Of a stretch of 64,000 nt of DNA, positions 23,813-37,359 are shown one piece after another. Both the position numbers and the translations under genes were made by a program. Below the pieces are notes generated by a model, which saw only the letters and a program-made list of their open reading frames with translations, did no database searches and had not been told where the DNA came from. The DNA lies in the NCBI RefSeq assembly GCF_006345805.1, contig NC_043000.1, positions 164,114,001 through 164,178,000 on the forward strand, given 5' to 3'. This DNA is from Octopus sinensis (lineage: Eukaryota). Within the stretch, counting starts at the first letter, position 1, and each line of letters begins with the position of its first letter.

Positions 23813-26105
23813 ACTATTGTACGAGTAATTTGCTGTATGAGCTGAGGCTCGAGTGGATTTTTGTCTTGAAGTGATTTTCATACAAGCTATCGCTAGTCGG
23901 CGGCTCTCAGCTCGCATTCGCTCTGCCAACTTGTCTCCGCTCGCACAGTTCACGTGTTGTTTATCTCGCAGAGGCAGCATTCTTATTGCGCTTTTCCCAA
24001 TGTTTTTGTTTAGTTTTGTGCACTTTTTGTTATTATTTTATAATAATTAGTTGTGTTGGCCATGAATCCTAAGAATGTTAGTGCAAAGGACAGTGCCGAG
24101 AAGAAGGAAAAGCTGATCCCGGTAGAATTGAGGGAATCATGGATAAACATGAGAGAGGAGTGCGTGGAGTGGACAAAGCGCGTCGACGATCTGCACCATC
24201 CTGAAGAAAAAGGACGGGATCAAGGCCGTTACAACAGCAAAGGGGGGTCTCCAAGCTCTCTAAGCAATGCACACCTGTCCACGAAAGGAGAAATTGCTTC
24301 TCCTGTGGATCAACGAGAAGTAACTTGCAGGGGATACAATTACGGAGACCATCATCTGCGAGGAAGCACGAGCGCTGTATGGAGATCTCCTGAAGTAGAA
24401 CCCTGGAACATTTAAGGTCAGTCGCGGCTGGTTTGATAATTTCAAGAAGAGGACTGGTGTTCATAGCGTTGTCAGATATGGAGAAGCAGCGAGTTGTGAC
24501 ACGAAGGCAGTTGAAGATTTCGTGCGTGAATTCCGTCAGCTTATCGCAGCCGAGGGGTTCATCGCACAGCAGGAATTAAACTGTGATGAAACTGGCCTAT
24601 TTTGGAAAGCAAATTGTCCAGAAGAACTGCATAACTGCAGAGGAGAAGAAAATGTCAGGCCACAAACCTATGAAAGATAAGCTAACTCTTTGTGCCAATG
24701 CGAGTAGAGACTTGAAGATTAAGCCGCTCCTTGTCAACCATTCCGAAAACACAGGAACGTTCAAGTCACACAGAATTGTGAAGGAGAAGCTGCAGATCAT
24801 GCGGAAGACAAACGTTAACGCCTCGGTCAGCAGGCAATTCTTCTCCGAGTAGGCCAACCTTATCCTCGGACCAGCAGTGAAAAAGTATCTTCTGGAGAAC
24901 AATCTTTCTCTCAAGACCCTCCTCATCCTCGACAATGCTCCAGCTCACCCTCCTAACCTCGAAGATATCCGGACGAATTTATATTTATAAAAGTTCTGTA
25001 CCTTTCACGCACTAACACCCCTTTCTTGCAGCCCATGGACCAACAGGTGATTTCTAATTTTAAGAAATTGTGCGCCAAACACCTGCTTTGTTGGTGCTTT
25101 GAAGTCACCGAAAATACAAATCTAACCCTTTGTTAGTTTTGGAAGGAGCACTACAACATTGTTTACTGTCTGTAAATTATTGACATGGCCTGGCAGGGTG
25201 TAGCGAGGAGAACGCTGAGCTCTGCATGGCGGAAACTGTGCTCTGACTGCATATCCGAAAAAGACTTGGAAGGGTTTGAGTCTGAAACACCTGTGGTCGA
25301 GAAGAGTGTCTCTTGGCAAGTCCATGGGCTTCGAGGTTGATGATGAGGACATTAATGATCTCGTCAAGGAATACTCAGAGAAGCTGATGACAGACGAACC
25401 CTTGCAGCTTCAGGAGCAGCAGCATTTGGATGTGATGGAAAGAGATTAGTTCCCCGGAGGTGGGCAGGTGTAGCGGAGAAGGCTATCTCCTCTACGAGTG
25501 ACATAAAAGCACACTGTTGGCGAAGTGGCCCAATATATTTCTGAATTTGTGGGGAAATATCATCCTGAAAAGCATCTGCAGGTCGTGCAGCTGCTTCGAC
25601 TTAATGATTTGGTGCATTTTCGTAACATTTTGTAAGGCAGGAGAAATCAGACTTCTCTTGATATGTTGCTAATGGAACGACCTGCAAGTGTAAAAAGTCA
25701 GGAAAGTGTGTCCAAAAAGCCTAAATTAAGTGAAGTGAGAGAGAAAACGCCAGTAATTGTTCTTCCTGAAGTCTTAATGGAAGGAGAATCTCCTTCCAAA
25801 CAGTAATCATCCTCCACCTCTCCGCTCTATTGTCTTCTTCGCACACAAATCGTCTCCAAAGTAATTCAGTTAATAAAACCAGATTTCATATTTCTTTTTC
25901 ATTCTCTTTTTTATAATTGTCATTTTACTTGTAACTACAGCTTTTCTGTTTTAAAACCCATAAATAAAATATTTTTGGGTGGCTTTGGTGGGCTGGAACG
26001 GATTAATTATATTGTAGTAAATTTCAATGTGGAAAATTGATTTGTAAAACGAGTAAATCGTAAAACGAGCTCGGTCGTGGAATGAATTAAACTCGTACTG
26101 CGAGG

Positions 26106-26113
<8 letters not shown>
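23813..26113 (+). mobile_element. Tigger/pogo-family DNA transposon, degenerate transposase
   Basis: GWFDNFKKR (CENP-B HTH), NCDETGLFW, ILDNAPAHP and QPMDQQVI DDD motifs. Right TIR ...gcgaggtatcact(a) followed by TA. The left TIR is not clearly retained. Confidence 0.9.
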
Positions 26114-26161
<48 letters not shown>

Positions 26162-27503
26162 TACATTTTCTCCGGACAAACTCTCTCACTTTCTATAAAC
26201 GAATATCACTCACATTGTGTGTGTGTATGCATGTGTATAAGGAATTTCACTAGGGTGACAGTTTTTCAAAAAAGGCAGGTAAAAGATAATTTATTTTAAT
26301 ATATACTTTTCTGATAGTAAATCCGTTCTTTCTTACACACACACACACACACTTGGTATGGCGGGGGGGGGGGGTTAAAGATTTATATACATTTTTGGCG
26401 TAATTCTGGTTTAAGCCTATAACTCCTCATAACTATTGTATTTTGGGGAATTTTCAGACAATTTTTGCAAATGTCTGTTCTATACTTGGGAATTCATACA
26501 ATTATGAAAAAAATGTTTTTTTCGATTCTTGAAATTATTTTTTAAAATTGTTTTAAATGCAGACAACCAGAATTTTTTTGTTTAAATCCCATCAAAGGAC
26601 CATCAAATGTGTTTATGGGGAGAAGAATAGTGAGAATATCAATCAATACATGTAAGAGCGACAAAGAAACGAGGAAGGTAATCAAGTGGTCATGAGGCAT
26701 GCTAAAAATAACAGTTAAATAGCCTTTAAATCACACAAAAAATGTTTGGTTAATGTTTACATCTTGAATTGGAAATGAAAATCAAAAACAAATATTGGAA
26801 TGGGTGTAAAACAATGTGTAGGTAACGGATATGAAAAAAAAAATGCGCGCAAAGCAACGGGGGGGTGGAGAGAGGACTTCGGAAAATTCACAAGATCCGA
26901 GATTTTTCCTCATAGCTTTTAAGAAACTGGAGAATTAGTTAATGCTTATTTTCATTTCCGGGTCAAGATGTAAACATTAACCAAATATTTTTAAAATTTC
27001 ACTATTATATTTAAATAAAGTTTCATTTTCTGTTAGAAAATGAAGGAAGTGGGGATTGAAATAGCAATCACCAATTTTGTCTTTTAACCTCCAAGGCTTC
27101 CCCCATCGTTTTTAAGCGCAAGAAAAACATTGGCCCAAATTGCTACCAAGTGAGAAAGATGGGGGTTGAAAAAATTCATAAATTTTAAAAGAGGCCTCTC
27201 CTATTGTTTTAAATGTGTAATGCAAAAAGAAGTGGACAGAATGAATCCGGAAGGAAGGTGAAGGGATTAATAAATTTTCAAAAATCCCTTTCTTAAAAAG
27301 CTTCCCCCCAACCTTTGCAAGAGTGTGGTGAAAAACAAATTCGAAAATCCCTGTCAAAGTGAAGAAAATCCAACTTAATAAGGAAATGCTATTCCGAAAG
27401 TCTTTGGCGGACTTTCAGAATAGCACACCCACAAAGCAATGTGGTGGAAAATTACCTGGCAGCAACAAGATACTCTGCTAGTGTGTGTGTGTGTGTGTGT
27501 GTT

Positions 27504-27541
<38 letters not shown>

Positions 27542-27619
27542 GTGTGTGTGTGTGTGTGTGCTGATACCACGTAAAATTGATTAACAATGATCGGACAGGA
27601 CTATGATTGCCATACCAGG

Positions 27620-27805
27620 GCGGCAACCTGGCAGAAACGTTAGCACGCCGGGCGAAATGCTTAGCAGTATTTCGTCTGTCTTTACATTCTGAGTTCAAAT
27701 TCCACCGAGGTCGACTTTGCCTTAACCCAGTTTCTTACTGGGTCGATCTAATCGACTGGTCCCTTCCCAAAAATTTCGGGCCTTGTGCCTAGAGTAGAAA
27801 AGATA
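27620..27805 (+). mobile_element. SINE family A
   Basis: Same head and core as 47458-47692, with an internal deletion. Confidence 0.85.
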
Positions 27806-28646
27806 TATGATTGTCATATCGATACCATCCTGAATCCTCGTGTGTATCTAGGACAGTTGTATTTTAGACGGTCTGGGAAAACTTTAACAGCTATTTTTAG
27901 CTGATCGAGCGAAAGTGTGGGCTTCAACGAAAATATTTTAAATTCATAATATCGATGGACTGCATTAATTAAAAAAAAAATACTCGCTCACGTGTTGCTT
28001 AAGAGAAAGTTTTCTAAATAAATAACGTTTATTTCATTATAAACATTTAAAACCCCCAAGCATTAAGATTTACGTTAGTCTTAAGTCCTTTGTCTTGGTC
28101 GTAACTAATTAAGGGGGCGAGAGAAGTCTAAACTGAAATGTTATTATTATATTTTCAAATAGGACGGAAACAAAGGTAGAGGAAAGGTGTTTGAATCACT
28201 TATTACTGCCTGAATAACGTTATCTTTAGTAGCTCACAATTGTTGCTTCGAATCACAACACATACATAAGTGTGTGTGTGTGTATACTTTTGTGTGTGTG
28301 TGTGTGTGTATACTTCTGTGTGGTGTGTGTGTGTGTGTGTGTGTATACTTCTGTGTGTGTGTGTGTGGTGTGTGTGTATACTTCTGTGTGTGTGTGTGTG
28401 TGTGTGTGTATACTTATCTGTGTGTGTGTGTGTGTGTGTGTATACTTATCTGTGTGTGTGTGTAGTGTAGTGTTTGTGTGAAGCTATAAGTAAAAACAAA
28501 AATATTCAACGATCACTCAGTACTTATATAGAGAGGATATACAGGTGTGTGTGTATACACACACACACCTACACATAGACATACATACACATACAAGTGC
28601 GAGGTAAGTGTGAAAGCGAAGGTATAAAAGTGTGATAAAAACTTAC

Positions 28647-28802
28647 TTTCGTTAAACCTTCTGCTTGGATCAGCTCTAAAAGATCTTTGTCGACGTGTAC
28701 GATTGCGTTGGTATTACTTTCCACAGGTATTATTAACAGGTGAAACGAGATAAGTAAAGATGTAATTAAGAAAATTATATTTCCTCGTAGCATGTCAGCC
28801 AT
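28647..28802 (-). CDS. FAS1 (fasciclin)-domain secreted protein, coding exon 1 (signal peptide), 52 codons
   Basis: ATG at 28802 in an ATCATGG context. Encodes MADMLRGNIIFLITSLLISFHLLIIPVES|NTNAIVHVDKDLLELIQAEGLTK, with a hydrophobic core and V-x-S cleavage motif. Ends at a GTAAGT donor in phase 0 (156 nt). The in-frame upstream ATG option was not resolved. Confidence 0.88.
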
Positions 28803-29569
28803 GATGATTGCAACCATAAACAAATAGATACATGTAGTTTGTGTGTGTGTGTGTGTTTGCGGTGGCGATGGGAAGTTGTGAAGTGGTCGTTTGAAATAGA
28901 AACGAATGATCTAAAACGTACAAAATTTAAAGACAGAAAATTCTCAACGGTCTACTCTAGCCGTACGCCGTATACGGTTTTGGTATTGCGAATACGTACT
29001 CGTCCCATCTTCTATTTTATGTATATATAGTATATACATACAGAAACACAATCGTTCGGGTCGTCCCAGTTTTGAGAGAGCAGTTGAGACGGGGGAGAGT
29101 AAACGAATGAAGAGGGGAAGAGGGAGAGTAAATTGCATCTACGTTTTGTTAATCTATTTTTTCGTGTGTAATCTCTCTTTCTGTGTGCGTGTGCGCAGGT
29201 ATAGACAGAAAGATAGATCTTAGTGTAAGGATTGAGTGAAAAGCTTAGCAATATTTTGATAATTTAGTTGCTTTATTCGGCAAGTTACAATAAAAGTGGC
29301 CTAGCAGTCAAAGTAGAGGCGATAATGTTGCACGGTCTCAGGCCACCTTTCTGCCAGTTTTTTTTTTTTTTTCTACGCTGATATCAGTCCTTGTCTTTTA
29401 GTTAATGAAGCGTAGGAAGTGAGTCACGGATCGGAAAAAGTAATAATCCGAGGGAGATATTGTTCCACAATCCTAAAGTGCATAATCAGTGGTTAAGCAA
29501 GAGCTAGCTTCCGGACCTGTTTCCAAACATGGGCATCTCGAATGCAAGGTGATGCTTTGTATCTGGTGG

Positions 29570-29830
29570 AATTTTTTTTTAAATGTTCCTTCTCGAGCCA
29601 TGCCAGGCTCATTAGGGCCGGTTTCCCGGTTTCAGTGACGTAAAAATTCCCCACCTGGACGGGACGCCGGTCCGTCGCAGCGTTACTCATTTGTGCCACC
29701 AGAGTGGACTGGAGCAACTTGAAATGAAGTGTTTTGCTCAAGAACACAACGCATCACCCGGTCCAGGAATCGAAACCACAACCTTACGATCATGAGTTCG
29801 ACACCCTAACCACTAAGCCACGCGCCTCCA
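29570..29830 (-). mobile_element. tRNA-derived SINE (family D head, V-like tail)
   Basis: Reverse complement gives tggcttagtggttagg..gtttcgattcc A/B boxes and a ggcgtcccgtccaggtggg tail. Confidence 0.8.
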
Positions 29831-29859
29831 CATCTGGTGGAATTATGAGGGGTTAATTC

Positions 29860-30300
29860 ACGACAAGTTCGTTCTGGACAGTCCTACCATTGTTCCAAAC
29901 AGCTGGCGCAGATGTATGCTATTGTGCAGCAAAGATATTCGGCAGAGGTTAACAGAAAGCGAGCCCTTTTGCACGAAGACAGCACAAGAGCTCATAGTGC
30001 TCGAACGACACGCAATAAGCTCCAGGAACCTGAAGGAATTGAACTGATATCACACCCACTAGCTCCCTACGATTCACTACCTGCGTTAGCCATGCTTCAT
30101 CAACTAATGAGAGGTAGAAGCTTCAGTGGAGGAGTTCTTCGCCTCGAAGGACAAGAATTTATATTAAAGAACTGGCAGAAAGGTGGCTTCAGATGATGCA
30201 ACACGATGGCCTCTGCTTTGAATGCTAAGCTTCTTTGCTGTAACTTGAGGAATAACACGAATAACTTACCAAAATAGTGCGAAACTTTTGACTTAACACA
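29860..30300 (+). mobile_element. mariner transposase C-terminal fragment
   Basis: LLHEDSTRAHSA..IELISHPLAPYD is a degenerate HDNARPH / HPPYSPDLAPSD. Confidence 0.75.
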
Positions 30301-30437
30301 AAAATGGTCTCAAGTTTCACCCCAAGTGAAACTTAAGCAGGCTATCCTGTACACACGCGCGCACATACATACATACATATTAAAGCAGTGTCCCAGCATG
30401 GCCGTACCCTAATGACTGAAACCGTAAAAGATAGAAG

Positions 30438-30495
<58 letters not shown>

Positions 30496-32169
30496 TGTGT
30501 ATGCATATATAGTTTTTTAATTTTATTTGTTAGGGAATAAAAATTCCGGCATAACAGGGGTTCAAATTATTCTCAATGAAGAAATATATATTTTCATTTA
30601 GAGATAGTAGGCCCCTTCATCTCACCATATAAAAAGAATTTTTATTTTAAATACCTACTGTTTTATAACTTGGCTACATGTGTTTCATCAGGTACATTTC
30701 CCGGTTCCTAAACCACTCCAATTTTGCTGGAACCCTTCTTAAAATGTAACCCCAATCATCAGGCCCTTATATCACTTTATCAACGTTCAATACTATAAAC
30801 TATATTTTAATTTTTTTTTAAACCCATAAGTATGTGTAAAATAGGCACGTGTAAATGACGTTCGCTGGACCCTACAGTACAAGCCATAATTCGGATAAAA
30901 ATTCAAATAAAAAATTATAAAAATACAAAAAATTAAAAAAATTTAAAAAATACAAAAATACAAAATTTAAAAAAATACAAAAAATTTACAAAATCTATGT
31001 TAGTAATATATAGGGTTAAAAATAAAATATATCCTTGTGATAATATAAAATGATATAAAATGACATCCCTTTTATTTTTATTCGTATATTTTTTTTGCCA
31101 TTCCTTTCATTTTATATCATTTTATATTATCACAAGGATATATTTTATTTTAACTCTATATATTACTAACATAGATTTTGTAAATTTTTCGTGAGCTGAA
31201 ACTAGATGAAATGAAATTCTAGATTATAGAAAAAGCAATTATTTACTATTGAAATATTTAAACGTTTTCAATATTTATGTGAATATTCCAATGTAAAATT
31301 ATTCCCACAATTTAATAATACTAATTTAGAAGTAATTATGTTATACATTTCCTCAAGGCAAATATCACATTTAAAATTACCAGCATTGTGCGACGGTGCG
31401 TAATTAAATGAACCGCTTTATATCATAGTAAATATTCCTGTCTTTTAAATGAAGAAGAATGATGTAATTTAGATTTCCAAATTGTTACAGAAGAATCAAT
31501 ATAGTAATAGGTACGATCCCCTGTAATGACCTTACATTTTTACACTATATTCTTCCTTAAACACTTGTTTTCTGAAGGACACATAATTTTGTTTTCGCAT
31601 TTACATAGGCATTTATTCACTTGTATGTGGTTTTCATGATTAAAGGAATTAGTACTAATTCTTCGGCTCAGAAGTATGTGTCAAGACAGGATTATTAGCA
31701 ATATTATAATCGATATTATTACTAGGTGTTATCTCAAATGTACTGTGAATTTCACAGTCAAAATTACTTTTCCTAAAGTATCAAAATATAATTCAAGAAA
31801 ATTATAATTAGAGCCAATTTCACAATTCACATTATTGGTTCTACACCTGTTTACTAATTTTCAGTTGAGATACTAATTTTATTTTTTTTATGTGCTGCTA
31901 TAATTTCAGTCAAATTTCTGGTGGTTGAATAGGAAAATTCTTTCTCTATGGCGATTAAATAATTTCTCGTACTTACTTGAAGGTGGGAATTATTTATCCA
32001 GTGCAGCCAAGAATTTTCGGGGAATGTTAATAGCTATGTAAGATGCGAATGGTGCATTATGCCAAATAATATTCCTTGATTTAGTTTTTCTATTATTTAT
32101 AAATACGTTTTTCTTAATATTAACATTATCAACATCAGATGTAATTTTTTATGTTTAGAGTTATACATG

Positions 32170-32180
32170 TCAATAGACTC

Positions 32181-32212
<32 letters not shown>

Positions 32213-32265
32213 CATTATTATTTTATTATTATTATTATTATTACTATTACTATTACTATTAATAT

Positions 32266-32298
<33 letters not shown>

Positions 32299-32302
32299 AA
32301 CT

Positions 32303-32333
<31 letters not shown>

Positions 32334-32379
32334 TTATTACTATTACTATTACTATTACTATTACTGTTAATATTTCTAT

Positions 32380-32416
<37 letters not shown>

Positions 32417-32471
32417 GCTACTACTACTACTACTATTATTATTATTATAATTATTATTGTTGTTGTTGTTG

Positions 32472-32522
<51 letters not shown>

Positions 32523-32568
32523 TTATTACTATTACTATTACTATTACTATTACTATTAATATTACTAT

Positions 32569-32605
<37 letters not shown>

Positions 32606-32720
32606 GCTACTACTACTACTACTATTATTATTATTATTATAATTATTATTGTTGTTGTTGTTGTTGTTATTATTATTATATTATTATTATTATTATTATA
32701 TTATTATTATTATTATTATT
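32170..32720. repeat. Compound (TAT)/(TAC)/(TGT) trinucleotide array
   Basis: Directly visible; gives poly-Leu pseudo-ORFs. Confidence 0.95.
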
Positions 32721-32721
32721 A

Positions 32722-32930
32722 AGATGGTGAGCTGGCAGAATCTATAGCATGCTGGCCGAAATGCTTTGCGATATTTCGCCCGTCGCTACATTCTGAGTTC
32801 AAATTCCGCCATGGTCGACTTTGCCTTTTATCTTTTCGATAAATTAAGTACCAGTTGAATACTGGGATCTATATGATCGATTGTCTCCCTCTCCATAAAA
32901 TGGAGGCCTTGTGCTTATAGTAGAAAGAAT
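32722..32930 (+). mobile_element. SINE family A
   Basis: Family head and core, flanked by (TAT)n. Confidence 0.8.
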
Positions 32931-32944
32931 TATTATTATTCTAT

Positions 32945-33240
32945 GTTTGACTTTTGCTTTATGTCTGTACAAGTTGGCTCCAAGTCTCACCCAGAGACCT
33001 CAAGAGACAACAGGTTGGAAGTTCACGTTGTTGTTATGCCTAGTGTGCCATATATTTGTGGGGGGGTTGTACTAATGAATGTCTAAAAAAAAACGATAAT
33101 TATGTTTGTTTTAAACCTTGAGATTACATAGAAAGTATTTTGCGTAGGATATGAGCAGTTCCCATGAGCACTATCTTTTGAATTTCTGCCATTTTGGGGT
33201 TTCCTGGTATCTGAGTTAGGTAGCAATCAGTCCCTTTCGC
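32945..33240 (-). mobile_element. R4/Dong-like (RLE) non-LTR 3' fragment within (TAA)n
   Basis: YLTQIPGNPKMAEIQKIVLMGTAHILRKILSM* resembles the RLE-element C-terminus. Flanked by (TAT)n. Confidence 0.75.
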
Positions 33241-33320
<80 letters not shown>

Positions 33321-33429
33321 TTATACCAACCGTACATTTAGTATTTACGGAGTTCAATCTATGCTTGTTAATAGTGATATGTTTATCGTCAATGCTTCGT
33401 TTCTTACCAATCGTATTTGTATCGTTGTT

Positions 33430-34540
33430 CTTGCTATTACTTAGCTTACTTAAATAAGATTATTTGACTTATTTATTGTTATTGCGCTCGCTATCAAGTT
33501 TCATCGTATTTAATACACTGTCATTACCGGGAATTTTGATTCTGAATGTAGCAGATTTTTTTCCTTGCACCCAGCTTCAGAGAGTGGGTAGTAATTTTCA
33601 TTTTCTGCAAATACGTCCTCATTAGCCGAAAGCCTCGAAATACGAGAATATTTTTAATGATAGAATTTATAATGTATTTATGCTTTATGATTATTAGAAT
33701 TTTAATTCACATTAAGGATTCATTCGGTTTATTATATGGTTGGTATAGTTCAGTACTTAAATCCAGAGTAACATCAAGGAAATTAACCTTAGTAAAATCA
33801 TTCTTTATGTATATAGAGAGACCGAGACGCTTAAAGAATTTTAAAAGTTTTTTCCGAGACTCTTCAAGATTAACCTTACTAGACTTATAGATAGCGTTAT
33901 CCCCATATAATCCAACCACTAAATCAAGAAATTTATTATGTATACAATTAAGAATGTATATGCTCACTAAATCAGTTACTTGAGCGGAGTCGCTACACCC
34001 CATAGTAACGTCGAAATAGTTAGGTCTCTCAGTCCTGGTCCAGTACTTTGCATAGAATTTAGTTATAGTTTTTCTAGCCGTTAGTATTATATTAGCTTCA
34101 CGTTTGGATAAATCTGAATTCTTCATCGCAAATATTAAGACCTTATTAAGTAGTTGAGGTTGATAGACGTGTAATAACTTGAGATACACAACTGAATGGA
34201 TTTAGTGTGTTATCCTTAATATTAATGAACCAATCAATTACTTCCAAGGAATTAAACTATAAACATAAATTAATATTTTATCCAAGCTTAGTCTAATTTT
34301 ACTAATCTTACTAATATCTGATTTAGATGAGCAAATTAGTCTAACTTGTAAATTGGTATTAAAGTTAGGTTTATGTCCTTTAAGTTAATTCTGTTGGTTT
34401 CGGGTGTGTAAGGTTCAATTTGATGTTCCACTTGTAACTCTTCAGCTATGTCCTTCACAAGTTAACGTTAACTATGATTTCCTTACAAGTTATTTTATTT
34501 ATAGTCTTTCGTAATTTGTTATTTAATCAAAGAGAAGTAT
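33430..34540 (-). mobile_element. Penelope-like element RT fragment
   Basis: RLICSSKSDISKISK, FDVTMGCSDSAQVTDLVSIYIL, GLYGDNA (degenerate GLYRDDG), VNFLDVTLDL, YQPYNKPN. Confidence 0.88.
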
Positions 34541-34578
34541 AGTATAGCTTAGAAAAACTTTAGGACCGCTGCAATACG

Positions 34579-34630
<52 letters not shown>

Positions 34631-34663
34631 ATATGTATATATATATATGTATTATATATATAT

Positions 34664-34724
<61 letters not shown>

Positions 34725-35364
34725 CAATCGGCGGCTTCTTATGTGAAGATTCCTTGCAGTGTGTAACAGTCAAACAGTTATGTTTAAAACATTGGCAAGA
34801 ACTTAGCATTGTTTTGAAGTCAATCCTGTTTGAAGATTGGAATCACTGGCCATGTGGAGACGTGGATTCAGCCAGCCGCAGAGAAAACAACTCGACAAGG
34901 AGAGCACTAGCTGTGAATAAAAGACTGTGCGGGCGTGTTGTGGACCCAATAATACACAATGAAGATAACCTGTCTAGAAGGGCAGAAACTCCGAATAATA
35001 ACTGTGACAATGTAGAGGAAACCCTTCACTCCTGCAGACAACCTCTATAGTGAAGGTGGCATGATAAAATATATTCAGTCCATACTGTAGAGTAGTTTGT
35101 GACGGGAAGGACATCTGGCTATGAAAAAAGAAACACTCCAAAAACATAAGTGTAAAATTAATGAAAAGCCCTAACTGGGGATAACTCTTAATATGCTAGA
35201 GGCGCGCGCGTTAGTGGAGAGTCCAGATTGGTAAACCTAGCCATGTATGAGAATTTCTAAACTGTCATCAAATGATGGCACAAACTTTGTGGTGGATGCA
35301 GAAAAAACAACTACCAAAACCACCAGAAATAAAATCCATCTCCCTATTATTTAGAAAATTTCCG

Positions 35365-35580
35365 AGGTACAACCAACAATATGAGCTCACTAAAAAGTAG
35401 GTCAAAAGAAATTGTAGAGGAACTCGACTTGAGATAAGTAGATGTTCGTTGTGAACAGCAGCTAAGAGGGCGAGAAGCTTCATCCAGATTGCTCAAGAGC
35501 AACAAAGGTACAAATTCTTCTGGCTAAACAGCACTGGGGTTGTAGACTTATTGTTGGCAGAGAAATGGATGGATAAAGAA
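35365..35580 (+). mobile_element. RTE endonuclease N-terminal fragment
   Basis: Degenerate SLKSRSKEIVE..VDVRCEQ.. and FFWLNSTGV..LLLAEKWMDK. Confidence 0.6.
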
Positions 35581-36402
35581 AATGAAGTATTTAGAATATG
35601 TGATACAGTAATTAAGCTTAACAGTAATAACAGTGATCTCTGTGCATGCATCACAATTAAAACTACTGACTAACGAACAAAATTACTGTTTCTGTGAGGC
35701 CCTTGTGGAAACTACGTTTTATTTTTCGGGTTGAGATTGGAAACCGAATCTAAGGATCCTAGCTCGCTATTGGTTGACCAGGCAGGAAAAATTTCTTCGT
35801 CCTGTCAAAGTGATGGATGAGTTTCCACTCGACCTCCGACCTGGCAGTGTCACGGAAAGTCAAATGGACAACAAGTGACCTAAATAGGTACAAGCCACTC
35901 TTATAATGGTATGTCCATCTTTTTAGCTCGAATGGGCCATCATAAATGCGAGTTCCGTAGACACACGGGGCAATGAGCCGGCAATGAGCACCGTGATGGT
36001 GATCACTGTGAGCAGAGCGACACGCAAAACTTAGCAGTTGGAGAGCACAAAACCGAAGAGATAGAGAAACAAGCGAATAGCGAACTCACACACAGACAAA
36101 AATATGCCTTTGAAGATCTCGTCCCTTCATCATTCGCTTTCCCCCGTTTTTACTTCGCCGACCTGAAGTCGTTGGCAACATTATGTCGCGGTATATATGT
36201 TTCAAGTATCCAACAAGTGAATGGCAACTGTGACCAAATAAATAATGTTAACTACATTCTTATTCTGTCTTCATTGAGTTCCATCGATGCCGGTCCAACA
36301 CGTCTGGCATTATCTGTTACACCCTATAACTTACATTGAACCATCAACATCACATTGCGTTACACACTCTTCCGGGCTACTTCGATAACAGCACCACGAG
36401 AG

Positions 36403-36590
36403 GAGGCACAATGACTCAGTGGTTAGGGCAGCGGACTCGCGGTCGTAAGAACGCGGTTTCGATTCCTAGACCGGGTTGTTTATTGAGCAAAAACACCTAA
36501 GCTCCACGAGGCTCTGGCGAGGGGTGGGGTGAACCTCGCTGTTCTCTTTAACCACAACTTTCTCTCACTCTTTCTTCCTACTTCTGCCAC
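36403..36590 (+). mobile_element. SINE family C
   Basis: Homologous to 11660-11850. Confidence 0.8.
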
Positions 36591-37258
36591 AAAGCAGAGG
36601 AACCATGGTGTAACCCACTATGGCATGGTAAACTTTCAGACCCTAGTCTAGATTGCGAATCCTCTGTACCCCAGGGTAGTTCAGCTCTCCACCCGTTAAA
36701 AGCCACCGTTTACGGAATGAGTATAACAATGTAGCTTTCGCGCCCGTGCAACCGCCAGTCTATCGCGTGTGGTGGGTAGATCTTCAAGTTGCCGCACGCA
36801 TTCTTAGTAGCTTAGAGTAGGCTCGAATTAGAGATTATTCTTTGAGGCTAATGGCGGGAGTCCTGATTGGAAGAAGAAGTCAGCACCACGACTCTTGATG
36901 ACACAACTTATTGCATCAAGCGATCTTAATGCGTCTGTTTGGGCAATGATTCGAAACGGAAAACTTTTTATTTTGTAATTGTCCTAACGTTTTTGATGTC
37001 ATAAAATCGACATTTAACAGATAATACATTTAAAACAGACATTTAATAGACATACATTTAAAAGAAAAATATGTCATTATGAGATATATTTTCATAATAC
37101 AATCTTACATACCATAAAAATCTTAACATTTTATTCTCGAAGCATTTATCTCTTTTTAATCCGTTCGTGAGAATTTCATACAAACCCTCAGGGTAACGCT
37201 CATAACCTACGCACCCCACATCCTTTTCTGCTTTTTCACTGTTATTCTTCCCCCGACA

Positions 37259-37309
<51 letters not shown>

Positions 37310-37323
37310 TCTCTCTCTCCCTC

Positions 37324-37359
<36 letters not shown>

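Noticed and set aside
26745-26985. About 40-bp inverted arms with a spacer of about 160 bp
   Set aside because: Probably an old MITE remnant. There is no clear TSD or family assignment, and nothing further distinctive.
28803-29280. FAS1 promoter / 5' UTR
   Set aside because: Plausible, since this is repeat-poor sequence with no nearby acceptor before the ATG, but no TSS or core-promoter motif can be pinned down from sequence alone.
33600-33650. CTAATGAG / GCCGAAAG motif resembling a hammerhead
   Set aside because: It lies within the decayed Penelope RT-thumb coding region (ISRLSANEDVF-like), and no consistent helices form.
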